A stretch of 64,000 bases of DNA from Lama guanicoe (taxonomy: Eukaryota). Position numbers and translations under genes: made by a program. Below, one piece after another: positions 49,501 to 60,874 of this stretch. The notes below the pieces were generated by a model. The model was not told the origin of the DNA, searched no databases, and worked only from the letters and a program-made list of their open reading frames with translations. The stretch covers positions 2,073,567-2,137,566 of the forward strand of contig MU053629.1 in the NCBI GenBank assembly GCA_013239625.1, in the 5' to 3' direction. The stretch's first letter is position 1; each line of letters opens with the position of its first letter.

Positions 49501-50788
49501 GTCACTTCCCAACTCTAATCAACCCTTTAGAACTGAGCAGATAGGTGTCCTCAAATGTCACACACCCAGGAAAAGACTGACTGTTGTTTAGAGATGAAGT
49601 TAGTTAGGGCTTTCCCTAGCTTCTGCTGGATCAGTGACCTGAGGTGGCATTCAGAGCAAAGTCTGGGAAGATAATGCCTGAATGACATTTTTATATCTGA
49701 CTAAAATTTTCAGATTTTTCATTTGTTTTTATTGCTAGTCACATTTCATCTTCCATTTCATATATAATAACCAAAAAGCAGGAGGAAAGGGCAGGCAAAT
49801 CCCACTTTAATTGTTCCCATTCCCTTGTCCTCACAGAGCTTTGATATTGGTAAAAGCTTGTTGAAACGAACTGGGAGCAGCCTGAGAGGTATGTTTGGAA
49901 GGTTGTGGCAGGAAAGAGCTAGTAGGGTTGGACTTTGAGATGGTAGGGTGGGGAATGAGTGCTTTAAATATAAACTTTGATGGTTTTTATTTTTAACAAC
50001 AAGTAAATCTTAGTACTTTCCCTGTTACCTGTTTACTTGCTCCTGGCAAGCAAAACAGCAAATGGCTGGTTTATCACCCTTTAGGGATGGTTTTGGCCAG
50101 GAATATGAGATTAGAGTAGTTTAGGAGTTGATAGCAAGAGATGATACCTTTGACCTAAATAACACCTCCCAAGAAACAAACTTTTAAAGGAAACTTAGAT
50201 TTTGGTGTGGTGCTTACTTAGTAAAAATTATCTTTTCTTAAATGTTCTTGTATTGATCTTATCTTAGGGGAAAGATTACATTTATCCTGCTTATCTTATA
50301 TTCTTCTACATCTTTCAAAACCATTTCCAAAGTTCAGCTTGCAGAGTGCTGAACAGTAAGTCTAGTTGGAGAGACAGAATGGAATCAAATGACCACTTGT
50401 GTATCAGGGTCAGGGTCAGAGAAAATATCCGTGAAGAAGTTTGAGTAAACATCTGAAGAATGAATAGTAGTTAATTTGCCAGAGAGAGTTAAATGAACGA
50501 ACAACCAAGTGGAGATGTCCTTTAAGGTCTGGAGGTTATGAGAGAGAACTGGAAATCTAAAGATGTATTCACATGAACAGATAAATGGTAATTGATGCCA
50601 TAAAGGTGGATGAGCTTACCCAGGGAGAATGTGTCTGTTGAATGAAACAAAAAGAAGGGGAGCTAGGATAGATCCCTGAGGAGCACCAAGAATGTAGCTA
50701 ACTGAGATGGCATGTTTGGCAGTGCTTCCCGTGTAAAGGAGAGCATATAAAAGTACAACTGGGCACACATGTCTACAAAAACATTTTA

Positions 50789-51084
50789 TTTAAAAAAATT
50801 TTTTTATTGAAGTATAGTTGATTTATAATGTGTTAGTTTCTATTATACAGCAAAGTGATTCAAAGATATATGTATTACTCTTTTTCATATTCTTTTCCAT
50901 TATGGTTTATTATAAGATGTTGAATATAGTTCCCTGTGCTATATAGTGGGACCTTGTTGTTTATCTATTTTGTGTATAGTAGTTTGTATATGCTAATCCC
51001 AGACTCCTAATTTATCCCTCTCCTACCTCCTTTCCCCTTTGGTAACCATAGTTTATTGTCTATGTCTGTGAATCTGTTTCTGTT
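50789..51084 (-). mobile_element. 5'-truncated L1 3' end with 15-bp TSD
   Basis: TACAAAAACATTTTA at 50774-50788 and 51085-51099 flanks ttttattgaagtatagttgattt...tgaatctgtttctgt. Confidence 0.9.
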
Positions 51085-51669
51085 TACAAAAACATTTTAA
51101 AATTCTCTGAAAGGGGTTATAGAACTTACTTGGTTCTGTAGTTATATTTGGTTTACTGGAGTGAATCATGCTTTAAGGAAAAGTTCCTTTCCCTATTTTT
51201 TTAACCACTTTCAATATTTTTTTCTACTTTTCACAGCCTCTTCCGAATAATTCCTAACTTCCATAATGGAATTAAAATGAAAGCACACACTTTGCAGTTA
51301 GGCCTATATTTGAACCCCAGCACTGCCACTTAATATATGTGGAATCTTTCAGATTACCTCTCTGAATCTCATTTTCCTTAAATTTTTATATGGATTTAAA
51401 GTATACTGTAAGTGCATAGTTTACGGGACCTGGTAGTTGTAAGCCAGCAACAAATGTTTGTTCTGTTTTCTTTTTTCTTCCTTGCAGCCTCTCCTGTTTT
51501 TCCAGACAGGTGAGTTTTTTCATCTGTGATCACTGAGGCTCTGTCCCACCTCCTCAAGACACCAAATAACAGCAGCTTTTCTACTAGGGCCAAAGAGTTT
51601 TGCATTTTAGTGATGAAAGTCCTTTCTGGATAGGAAGTAGAAGGCGGGTTTCTGGGTTGTTGTAAATCC

Positions 51670-51860
51670 AGGGTTTTCGACAATGGCACCATTGGCATTT
51701 GGGGCTAGGGGCGGTCCAGTGTAGTATAGGATGTTCAGCAGCATCTTTGGCTTTATGCTCTAGGGGCCAGTTGCATTCCCCCCAAGTTGTGATGACCAAA
51801 AATGTCTCCAGACACTGCCAAATGTCCCCTAGAGGGCAAAATCCCATTTAAGAACCATTT
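51670..51860 (+). mobile_element. MER20 hAT-Charlie element
   Basis: taggatgttcagcagcatctttggc...caagttgtgatgaccaaaaatgtctccagacactgccaaatgtcccctagagggcaaaatc matches MER20. Confidence 0.85.
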
Positions 51861-54015
51861 GCTAAAATACTTTTTTCTTGATGTGGGTATTACTTACATT
51901 GCTGTGTTTATGTGATTTTATGTTTATGAAAATGCACTGAGTTGCAAAATACATGCAGCTTTCTGTTGTCAATGTTGTTCCCCCCCCTCCAAAAATGTTT
52001 TAAATCCTTTTTCACCAAGGGCAATAGACTCTAACCCATAACTGTGTCTGAGTATGTCTAGGTTTTCAGTTTCCCTCAATTCCTGAAAGATGTGGTAGAA
52101 TTATGAGGAGAAAAGGATTCTTGGTAGGATGGAAAGGTAGCAAAAAATAACTAAAAATCTGGCTTCCAAATGTCCCTTTTCAACTCCTAGTCAGTGGGGT
52201 GTAGAATGCTACCTAGGATGGTTTCCATTACAAGATTTCAGAAATAAGCTCTGGACACAGGACATAGTTGAACTACCAGCAAAACAGGTATCTTCCTTCT
52301 CACTCTCTTCTGTACTGTGACAGCAAAGGAGAGGGTCACCTGATTTTGGATATTTCCACTCTTGTGACCCCCTTTTTGATGACCACTGAAGTTACTTCTC
52401 TTTAATATAAAATGTGCCAGTGTTTCTCTACTTTGTATGGGTGGGTAAAATGTCCTTCCATGGTGGATGGTGTTGACTGCTCTCTGAGAATATAGTCCCC
52501 AGAGAAGTCCTTGGATAGGGCCTAAGCTGGAAGCAGTAGGTAACCCCGCCTCTGTCTTGAGAGGAGTCCAAGAAAAGATTCCGTTTTGAAGTCTGAAAGA
52601 TCCTGTAAAGAGAGGGCAGGCCTTGGGCCAAGCAGCCTTTGAGGTGGTAACCAGCTCATAAACAAGAACTGGCATGTGCCAACAGAATCTCTCATCCTGG
52701 CTCCGGAGTTGGCTGAGGAGAGAAATGTGTGGAAGGCTCTGTAAGTGGGAGGATTGTTCTTGGCTTTGGCTGTAGTGTGGCTGGAAAGGGAGCAGGGAGG
52801 GAGCTTGGACCTGGTCTCCGAGTCTGGGCATTGCCCTGAGAGGAAGGTTTTTTTCCCCTTCCTTGTCTTGCTGCTGCTGTTTTTGTTGTTGTTTTCCCCT
52901 CCCCCACTCCCCTTACTATTAACATTTCAAGGTACAGGAAATGATTGGATATTGAGTGTTTTTGCAACTCTTCCAGCACAGCCTATTGATATTCTGATCT
53001 GCCAAGATGAAAGCCAGAAGGGATTTAACTAGGTAGAATCAAGGCTCATAACTTTTATGAAAGTGCCCTGAGCAAGGTACCCTCAGTTTATTTGAAAGTG
53101 TTTGTTTTACTAAAATCCCATCATTCCAGCCTGTTTTTTTTTTTTAAGAGGATTGATAGCTATCGTGGCTAAACCAAGGAGACCAGTAAGACCTGAAGTT
53201 GGCAGCAGTGTTAGCCATCTGAGACAAAAGGAGAGCGTTGGTATGGGAAAGAAATGCAGCTATGCCTCTGGACCCCTGTCCCCTCATTATTCTTTACTGG
53301 CCCTGGCAGCTGCCAAAGCTTGCTCAATAGAGTTGTGGGCTGGGGATTGTTTCTTAATCCCTGCAAGGAGTACCAAACTTCAGCTGTGTTATCTAGGCTC
53401 TGAGCTTCTGGCACTTGGCTAAGGCATCTGGTGACTCTAGACAAAAGCCTATTTTGTCAGTGAGAAGATTGGGGCAGAGTGCAAGCATTGTTATCTCTGA
53501 CCGCCCGCAGGGCAAACCGTCTACTTGGCAAGTGGGAGAGTCTTGACCTTGTGATTTATAGCAACTTGTCCACTTGGTTTTAGGTTTCTTTGAGATTATT
53601 TTCTACTATACTGAAGTTTCCGCATTCGGGCACTGAAATCTACTATTAATGCTTTTTATTTTTAAGTGTTAAGTATCATAAAAGTAGTAAGTGCTTTATT
53701 ATAAGGCATTTGGAAATGCAGAAAGGTAAAAGGAAGAAACAATTTCTACCATATGTACTTTCTTAACAGAAGAATTTATTTAATGTTGTGGAACAGGCTG
53801 AGGTTCTGGTTTATTAGGGCTGGCTTGTGCATGTCTATATGTCATGAATCTCAACCCTGTTCTCTTAAGCATCTTTTATTTTCTCATTTGAGAACTGACC
53901 TACATTTGATGAAATCTCACTCTGGAGTATGAAACTATTTTCTATATTTAAGTTTCTATAGCTTGTCTCAGGCCAAGTTTTTATCTTCATCTGTGAGTGC
54001 CTTTAGAAGGCCAGG

Positions 54016-54108
54016 TGTTTTTTATTTTTTAATGGTGATACTGGGGATTGAACCAAGGACCTTATGCATGCTAAGCACACCCTCTACCGCTGGGCTCTAC
54101 CCTCCCTC
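54016..54108 (-). mobile_element. tRNA-derived SINE of camelid type (short form)
   Basis: ctggggattgaaccaaggaccttatgcatgctaagcacaccctctaccgctgggctctaccc, same family and orientation as the copy near 25450; imperfect TSD ccaggtgttt/ccagggtgttt. Confidence 0.8.
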
Positions 54109-55289
54109 CAGGGTGTTTGTTTTTTAAATTAGTGGTGATGAATGAATGTGGAGAGGGGAATAGTTCCGTTATTTTTAAAGACTAGATGTTGACCTGCTTT
54201 CTCCCCTTTTTGGAATGAGGTGTCTGTGGTGTCAATTAACATAATAATTTGCTTTCATTGATGAGCTAGTCAAGAAAGTCTTTTGAGGTTTCTTGTTGTC
54301 TAAGGAGAAAAGGGCTGTTTTTCATGGAATCTTGAGACAAACCGAACTATAGGGGCTTTTTCTTTTCCCCAAGAGCAACATTTTAGTTAAGGTGACCTCC
54401 CAGACAGTCTACAGAAATGGGAGGAAAAAATCCACTTCTTTTTCTGTATCACTTTCTATCTGGATTTGTATTAACCAGCCTGGCGCTTCTGCTTATTAGA
54501 TGTTTACATAGATACTTAGATTCTCATTTAACTCTTAGAGGTTTGTGGTAAGGAAAATGGAAATCTTGTCTTAAGTAGGGAAATACATTTTGGACTTATT
54601 TTGTTCCTTTTTAATGTTAAAATGAAACAAGGGCTATCAGACACTGGTGTCTAAAAGTCTTTGACATTTGCAATATCAGGTCCCAGAAGAGACCTTTATG
54701 AATATCCCTTATGATTTTTTGACAGGACAGAAATTGGGCGATATGCTAGTTGGGTATATTTTAATTTATATTTTCTGAAAGTGTGCATTCTATACTGATG
54801 GGTTATTGTTGTAGATTTTATTTAACATGTACTCTCTCCATACAATAGGGGAGAGGGAGCTTCCAGTCAAAATAATTACTTGAGCAGCTCTGAGATGAAT
54901 CTTTGGAACTGTTGTTAGTGCTCTGAGTCTTTCAAACTTTGGTTTGAAGAAATCAAATCAGAACTGACTACCTAATAGTAGACTTTGACCAAGAGCCTGA
55001 CTTAAGAATTTAAGGAAATCTGGGAAAATCTTTGAACATCTTTCATGTGATTAACTTAAATTTCATTTGAATGAAACGTTGAGAAATGTTGTCTAGTAGT
55101 CCAAGCAGAATTTCTGCTTTTTGCATGTTTATCATATGGCCTTAATGTTTCTGGCTTTACTTACTTGTTCTCGAAAAGGAGAATTAATCTATTTCCAGAA
55201 CCCATTAATGACTGATAGAAAATTTGGGGGGAAGAAGTAAGCTAAACAGGTGTTATATGGGAATTTTTTTTCCTTATACAAGTTTTTAA

Positions 55290-57260
55290 AAATTAAGATA
55301 GTTACATTTATTTTTTCAAGTGCACAACTCAGTGCTTTTATATTCACAAAGTTTTTGTACAACCATCACTGTTACTTAATCCCAAAATATTTTTGTCACC
55401 TCCTCATTAGCAGTCACACACACACACACACACACTACCAGTCTCCACCCCCACTACTGTCACCCACTAATCTACTTCCTGTCTGTGGATTTGCCTATTC
55501 TGTACATTTCATGTAGATGGATCCGCACAATATGTGTCTGGCTCCTTTTACCTAGCATAATGTTTTCAGGGTTCATCCATGTTGTAACATGTATCAGTAC
55601 TTCATTCTGTTTTATTGCGAAATAATGTTCCATTGTATGGATATACTGCATTTGTTTATCCGTTCATTATTGATAGATGTTTGGGTTTTCACTTTTGGCT
55701 ATTATTAATAACGTTGCTATGAACATTCATGTACAAGTTTTTGGGTAGGCATATATTCATTTCTCTTGGGAATAGGCCAATGAACAGAATTGCTGGGTCA
55801 TATAATAGCTTAATGCTTAACTTTTAGAGAAACTGTCGAACTTTTTCCTAAAGCAGCTGTACCATTTTCCACTCCTACCAGCAGTGTGTGAAGATTCCCA
55901 TGTCTCCACATCCTTGCCAGCACTTGTGATTATCCATTTTTTGATAGTAACTATCCTGGTGAATGTGAAGTGGTATCTCATTGTGGTTTTGATTTGCATT
56001 TTCCTAATGGCTAGTGATTTTGAACATCATTTCATGTGCTTATTGACCATTTGTATATCTTTGGAAATATGTCTATTCACATTCTTTGCCTATATTTTAA
56101 CTGAGTTATTTGTCTTTTTATTGTTGAGTCTTTATTTATTCCAGATACTAGTCTAGCCCCTTAACAGATATATGACTGACAAAATTTTCTCCCATTTCTG
56201 TGGACTATCTGTTCACTTCCTTAACAGTGTTCTTTGAAGCACAGAAGTTTTAAATTTTGAGGAAGTTCAATTCATCTTTAGTTCAATTTCACCTTAGTTG
56301 CTTGTGCTTTTGGTGTCATATCTTAAAAAAAAAAGTCATGAAAATTTACATTTATAGTTTCTTCTAAGAGTTTTATGGTTTTAGTTTTTATATTTAGATC
56401 TTTGATCCATTTTGAGTTAATTTTTATACATGTATGAGGTAGAGGTCCAACTTCATTTTTTTTACATGTGGATATCCAATTTTCCCTGTACCACTTGTTG
56501 AAGAAGCTGTTCTTTTCCCATTGGATTGCCTTGACACCCTTGTAGAAAATAAATTGACCATAAATGTATGGGTTTTTACCTGGGCTCTTTGTTCTGTTCC
56601 ACTAATCTATATGTATATTCTTATGCCAGTATTGCCATCTTGATTACTTTAGCTTTGTAGTAAGTTTTGAAATCAGAAATCGTGAGTTTTCTAGTTTGTT
56701 CTACTTTTCGAGAGTTTTTGCATTCTGAATTCCTTGCATTAAGATACGAATTTTAGGATCAGCTTGTTGATTTCTGGGAAAGAAAAAAAAAGCCAGCTAG
56801 GATTTTGACAGAGATTGCATTGAATCTGTCACATAATTTAGAGAGTTTTGCAGTCTTAACAGTTTTAAGTTTTCCAATTCATGAAGATGGGATCTCTTTC
56901 CATCTATTTAGATCTTTAATTTCTTTCAGTGATGTTTTGTGGTTTTCAAAGTACAAGTCTTGTACTTTTGTTAAATTTATTCCTAAGTATTTTATTTTAG
57001 ATTTTAAGTAGAGTTGTTTTCTCAATTTCATATTTGGGTTATTTATTGCTGTGTATAGAAATACAACTGATTTGTATTTATTGATCTTGTATCTTGCATT
57101 TTTGATGAGCTCATTTATTAACTCTAATAGTTTTTGTGCATTTTTAAGGATTTTCTATATATAAGATTATGTCATCTGCAAATAGAAATACTTTAATTTC
57201 CTTTCTAAAATGGATGTCTCTTTTTTTCCTTGCCAATTGTCTTGGCCATAACCTCATTTA
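55290..57260 (-). mobile_element. Old L1M (L1MB/MC-like) 3' fragment, about 2 kb, with (CA)10 at 55415-55434
   Basis: Antisense L1 3'UTR and degraded ORF2; minus ORF 55817-55999 [21 protein letters not shown] is the L1 ORF2 C-terminal motif. Confidence 0.9.
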
Positions 57261-57539
57261 TTGAACATCCAGTTTGCTAGCTATGTCTTTGAGGATACAA
57301 GTGTAAAAAGACTGAAGTCTTTGTCCTCAGATGAGTTTACACTCTGTGCCAACAACCTCAATTTTTTTTTTTAATCTGTGAAGATGGAGGTGGTGGGCAT
57401 ATGTTGATTTGCATGAGTTAAGGCCCTGCTTATTTTCAGAGTTCAGTATGGTTTCAGTGTCAAGACTGGCCTTATATGTAGATAGCATGAGTCCTACTTA
57501 CGTGTCAGTCTCTTATACTCTTATTTTTTCAAACTACTG

Positions 57540-59890
57540 TAGTCACAGCAATGACTCCCAAATCTTCGTCCTCTGCTCTGACCTCTTTCTGAAGTTTGGC
57601 CGTGGTTTCCAGCTGCCTAGCAGATTTCCTTGATTGGTTGTCCCAAATATACTTAAAATTTACAGTGTCCAAACAAAATTGTTCCTATAGCTCATGCTTT
57701 CTCAGGTTCAGTAGTGAGAATATTTCCTTCTGTTTATCCAAACTGGGAAACTTATGAGTCATCCTTACCTTTTTCTCTCTGCTCATATCTAGTGTATCAC
57801 AAAGGCCCTTTGAGAGACTATCTCCTATACAACTCTTGTTATGTCCCCTATTCTCTGTACTTGTTGCCACTTCTCTTGTTCAGACCCTCATCATTTTTTT
57901 ACCTGGACGGATTCTACTCTCATCCCCTTTGTTTCCCACTTGGTAAATGAATTGTCACTGAGGACCCAGCTTAAATATACTTCTTTATGGCATATTCTTG
58001 TTAGCCAACTCCTAAGACTTTGAGGTGAAATTAAACACCTTTCTATTAATATTATGGAAAATTTGAATATTATGTAGGTATTAATAATGTAAGTTGTAGA
58101 ATCATACAGACTTGAGTTTGAATCCTGGCTATTAATAGCTATATGACCTTGAGCATATTACATAGCCTCTCAGAGCCTCAGGTTCCTATCTTAAAGTAAA
58201 GCTAGTAATTATGTCATAGAGCAGAAGTGAAGATTAAAGGTAATGATTATAGCTATCATGGCCACAATACATTGAACATCTGTTACTTGCTAATAAGCAT
58301 TGAGCTAAGTATGATACTTGATACAAATTGCTCATTAAAATCAGTTTGCTTAGTGCCTACGGTATAGCAGACATTCAGTAAACAAAAACTAGTGTTTTCT
58401 GAGTTGCCTTCCACTAAGCAAGAACCATGCCTTGTCTTTATGATTGACAGCATAGTAGATCATCAGTAAACAGTTGTTAAATTTGAATTTATTTAGTGTG
58501 ATTTGACAGAATGCTAGAAGGTCTTATAAAAGAGCATTCCCTGCAAACTTGACTGCAGTTCCCTTGGGATTTAAAGGTTTTGAGTTTCCTGTTAAAGTAC
58601 ACATACCCCTGGAGAGAGATAATACCTTGTGCTGTTGTCAACAGCTGTTCTGCGGGAATTAGTTGTTTATCAGCTGCTTTCTAATCTGCGAAAGGATCTT
58701 GCCGGACAAGACAGAGTAGGGAAGAAAGGGGAGAGGAAAAGACAGCACACAGTATCATGGGGAACAAAATTGCTATTTCCCATTTACCTCAGAATTACTG
58801 ACTCTTTTCTAATTTGTAATAAACTTCACGCCACCTAATATACGCGGGCAACGTTTGGTAACCTTGGTTCTGCTGTAGGCCCACAGGATTAGACCATGAA
58901 AAAGTGAGTCATTTCTATTACTTGAAGGTCTGAATTAGTTATCACTTTGTGACATTACCGGCATGATTGCAGACTCACTCCCTGTATAGAAAGTTACTAG
59001 TTTCATATTGAGTATTGAAAAAGAATATTCTAGACATGGTCCCTAATTTTCACCAGCTGTTTATAAATGAATGCCACTCTCGCCTACCATATGAACTTCC
59101 CAGAGGATTACTGAGCACAAGATGGGATGATAAACGTGAAAGCACTGAAAAGGCTACACAAACGCAAATTGTATTATTCCAGACTTGAACACATGACTTT
59201 GGGAAAACCATTTAACTTCCTAGGCCTCAGTTTCCTAATCTCTAAAATGAAAGACTTGGAAAAAATTGTTTCCAAGGCTCCTATCAGTTCTTAAATTCTG
59301 GGAGACTTCATTCTGTCTTGCCTTCTAACTGATGTCCCTTGCTTCCATGCAGTCTCAACATACCAGCCATAGTTATTCTTTGAAAACTTGTCCAGTCAGT
59401 ATCATTTCTTTCCTCAGAACCCTCCATTGGCCCTTCATTTCATTGAGAGAAAAAGCCAATGACTTGTCAAGGCCCTGAAAGATCTTCTCCCTGCCATCCT
59501 TCTGTGTCCTTATCTATTTTCCCCCTCTCAGCTTATTTCCAGCTGTTCCTTGAACATCTCAGACATGCCTTAGGGCTCTTGCACTGAAAGTTTCAGCTTC
59601 TAGAATTCTCTTTTCCCAGATAGCAGCATTGTCAACTCCCACATCTCCTTCAAGTTTTTGTTCAAACATCACCCTGTTTTAAATTTGCAACAACCTCTGC
59701 ACTGCCTCCCTGACTCCTTTACCCTGCCCCATTTTTTCTCAAAACAGGTGTTGCCTTCTAATTTACTATGTGCATACCTAATTATTATGTTTATTATTTA
59801 TTGTCTGACTCCATCTGCTAGAATATAAATTCTATTCACCCTTGTTTCCCAAGCACCTTTAATCGTACCTGGCCCATATTTGTTAAATAT
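57540..59890 (+). mobile_element. LINE-2 fragments (about 57540-58000, 59320-59890) with MIR fragments (about 58090-58250, 59180-59300); repeat-free gap around 58500-58950
   Basis: CT-rich L2 sense motifs (aatgactcccaaatc, gctgttccttgaacatctcagacatgcc) and MIR core (gagtttgaatcctggct...gaccttgagca). Confidence 0.65.
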
Positions 59891-60874
59891 GTGGATGGGC
59901 TGTGCAGTGTGGTGAATACTAATCTTATTTTTAGCTGATATTAGCCTCAGATGACTCATTTATGAAAAGCTGGTTTTGATCTCTTATCTTTTATGTTAGA
60001 GGCTTTCCTCAGATACTTGATAGTCCTTGGCTGTCTGCTCATGTTTTAAACATCTTTAAGATGGTGCACTGAATGATTGATTGGAAGCTGAGTGCATCAA
60101 CAGAGCATATTACAGTGGAATTCATGGTGAGATGATTGTTAAGTTGGCAAACCCTAGATTTCCGTATCTTTAGGTCTTTCCTCATGGGTTTACCATATTC
60201 CTTAGAAAAGCTTCTTCTAATACTCCTGGATAGAAAGGACTTAGTGCCAGATTTCTTTGTGCCAAGTGGGGGAGGAAAAAAAAAAAAACTGGGGGCCTCA
60301 GCCTTCAGCATTCAGTATTATTAAGTCCACATTTAATCTTCTTGTTTCAGGTATGTTCCTCATGTCCTGTCTCCCCACCCTACTCCCCGCCCATGCCTGG
60401 AGCACCCTAGTCCAGAAATCCTCTGTTTGACCCTTTCCAGAGAGTAAATCTCTATAGTCTTCTGAGTTGCAGAGGGTATCTGACTGAGAAAAGGGATTAA
60501 GGATATAACTGCTTCTGAAGTAATTTTCAATCAGTCTTATTCATACTAAATCATCAGGCTACCACCCACCCACCCTCAGCTTGAGTTATCTGGTGCCACC
60601 AGTTCCTAAACTCTTGGAGGGGAAGACTCTGTGGTGTTGATTGGCATAGTTGGAACTTTTCTCTGTTGCAGGGTTTGTATTCAACATTCTTTTCTTATGT
60701 TGACTTGGTCAACATACTTTCATTTGCTTTCTAGATTTTAGACTATTAACTGTTGCCTCCTCTTCTTCCCTTCCTTGTGGGTTTGTCTCTTAGGAAATCC
60801 TTCAGTGTACTTTTTAGTGTGGTTTTGTCTACGATATTTGTTGGCTCTACTTTCTTGTCTGTCATTTGTCTTTT

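Noticed and set aside
52238..52831. 197-aa minus-strand ORF in intron 2
   Set aside because: No recognisable domain, exon structure, poly(A) tail or TSD of a retrocopy. Treated as chance, though a BLASTP/PhyloCSF check was not possible.
25370..54108. The two tRNA-derived SINEs as an Alu-like inverted pair for circularisation, or as tRNA genes
   Set aside because: Both are on the minus strand, so they cannot base-pair. They have A/B boxes but also SINE tails and no complete cloverleaf.
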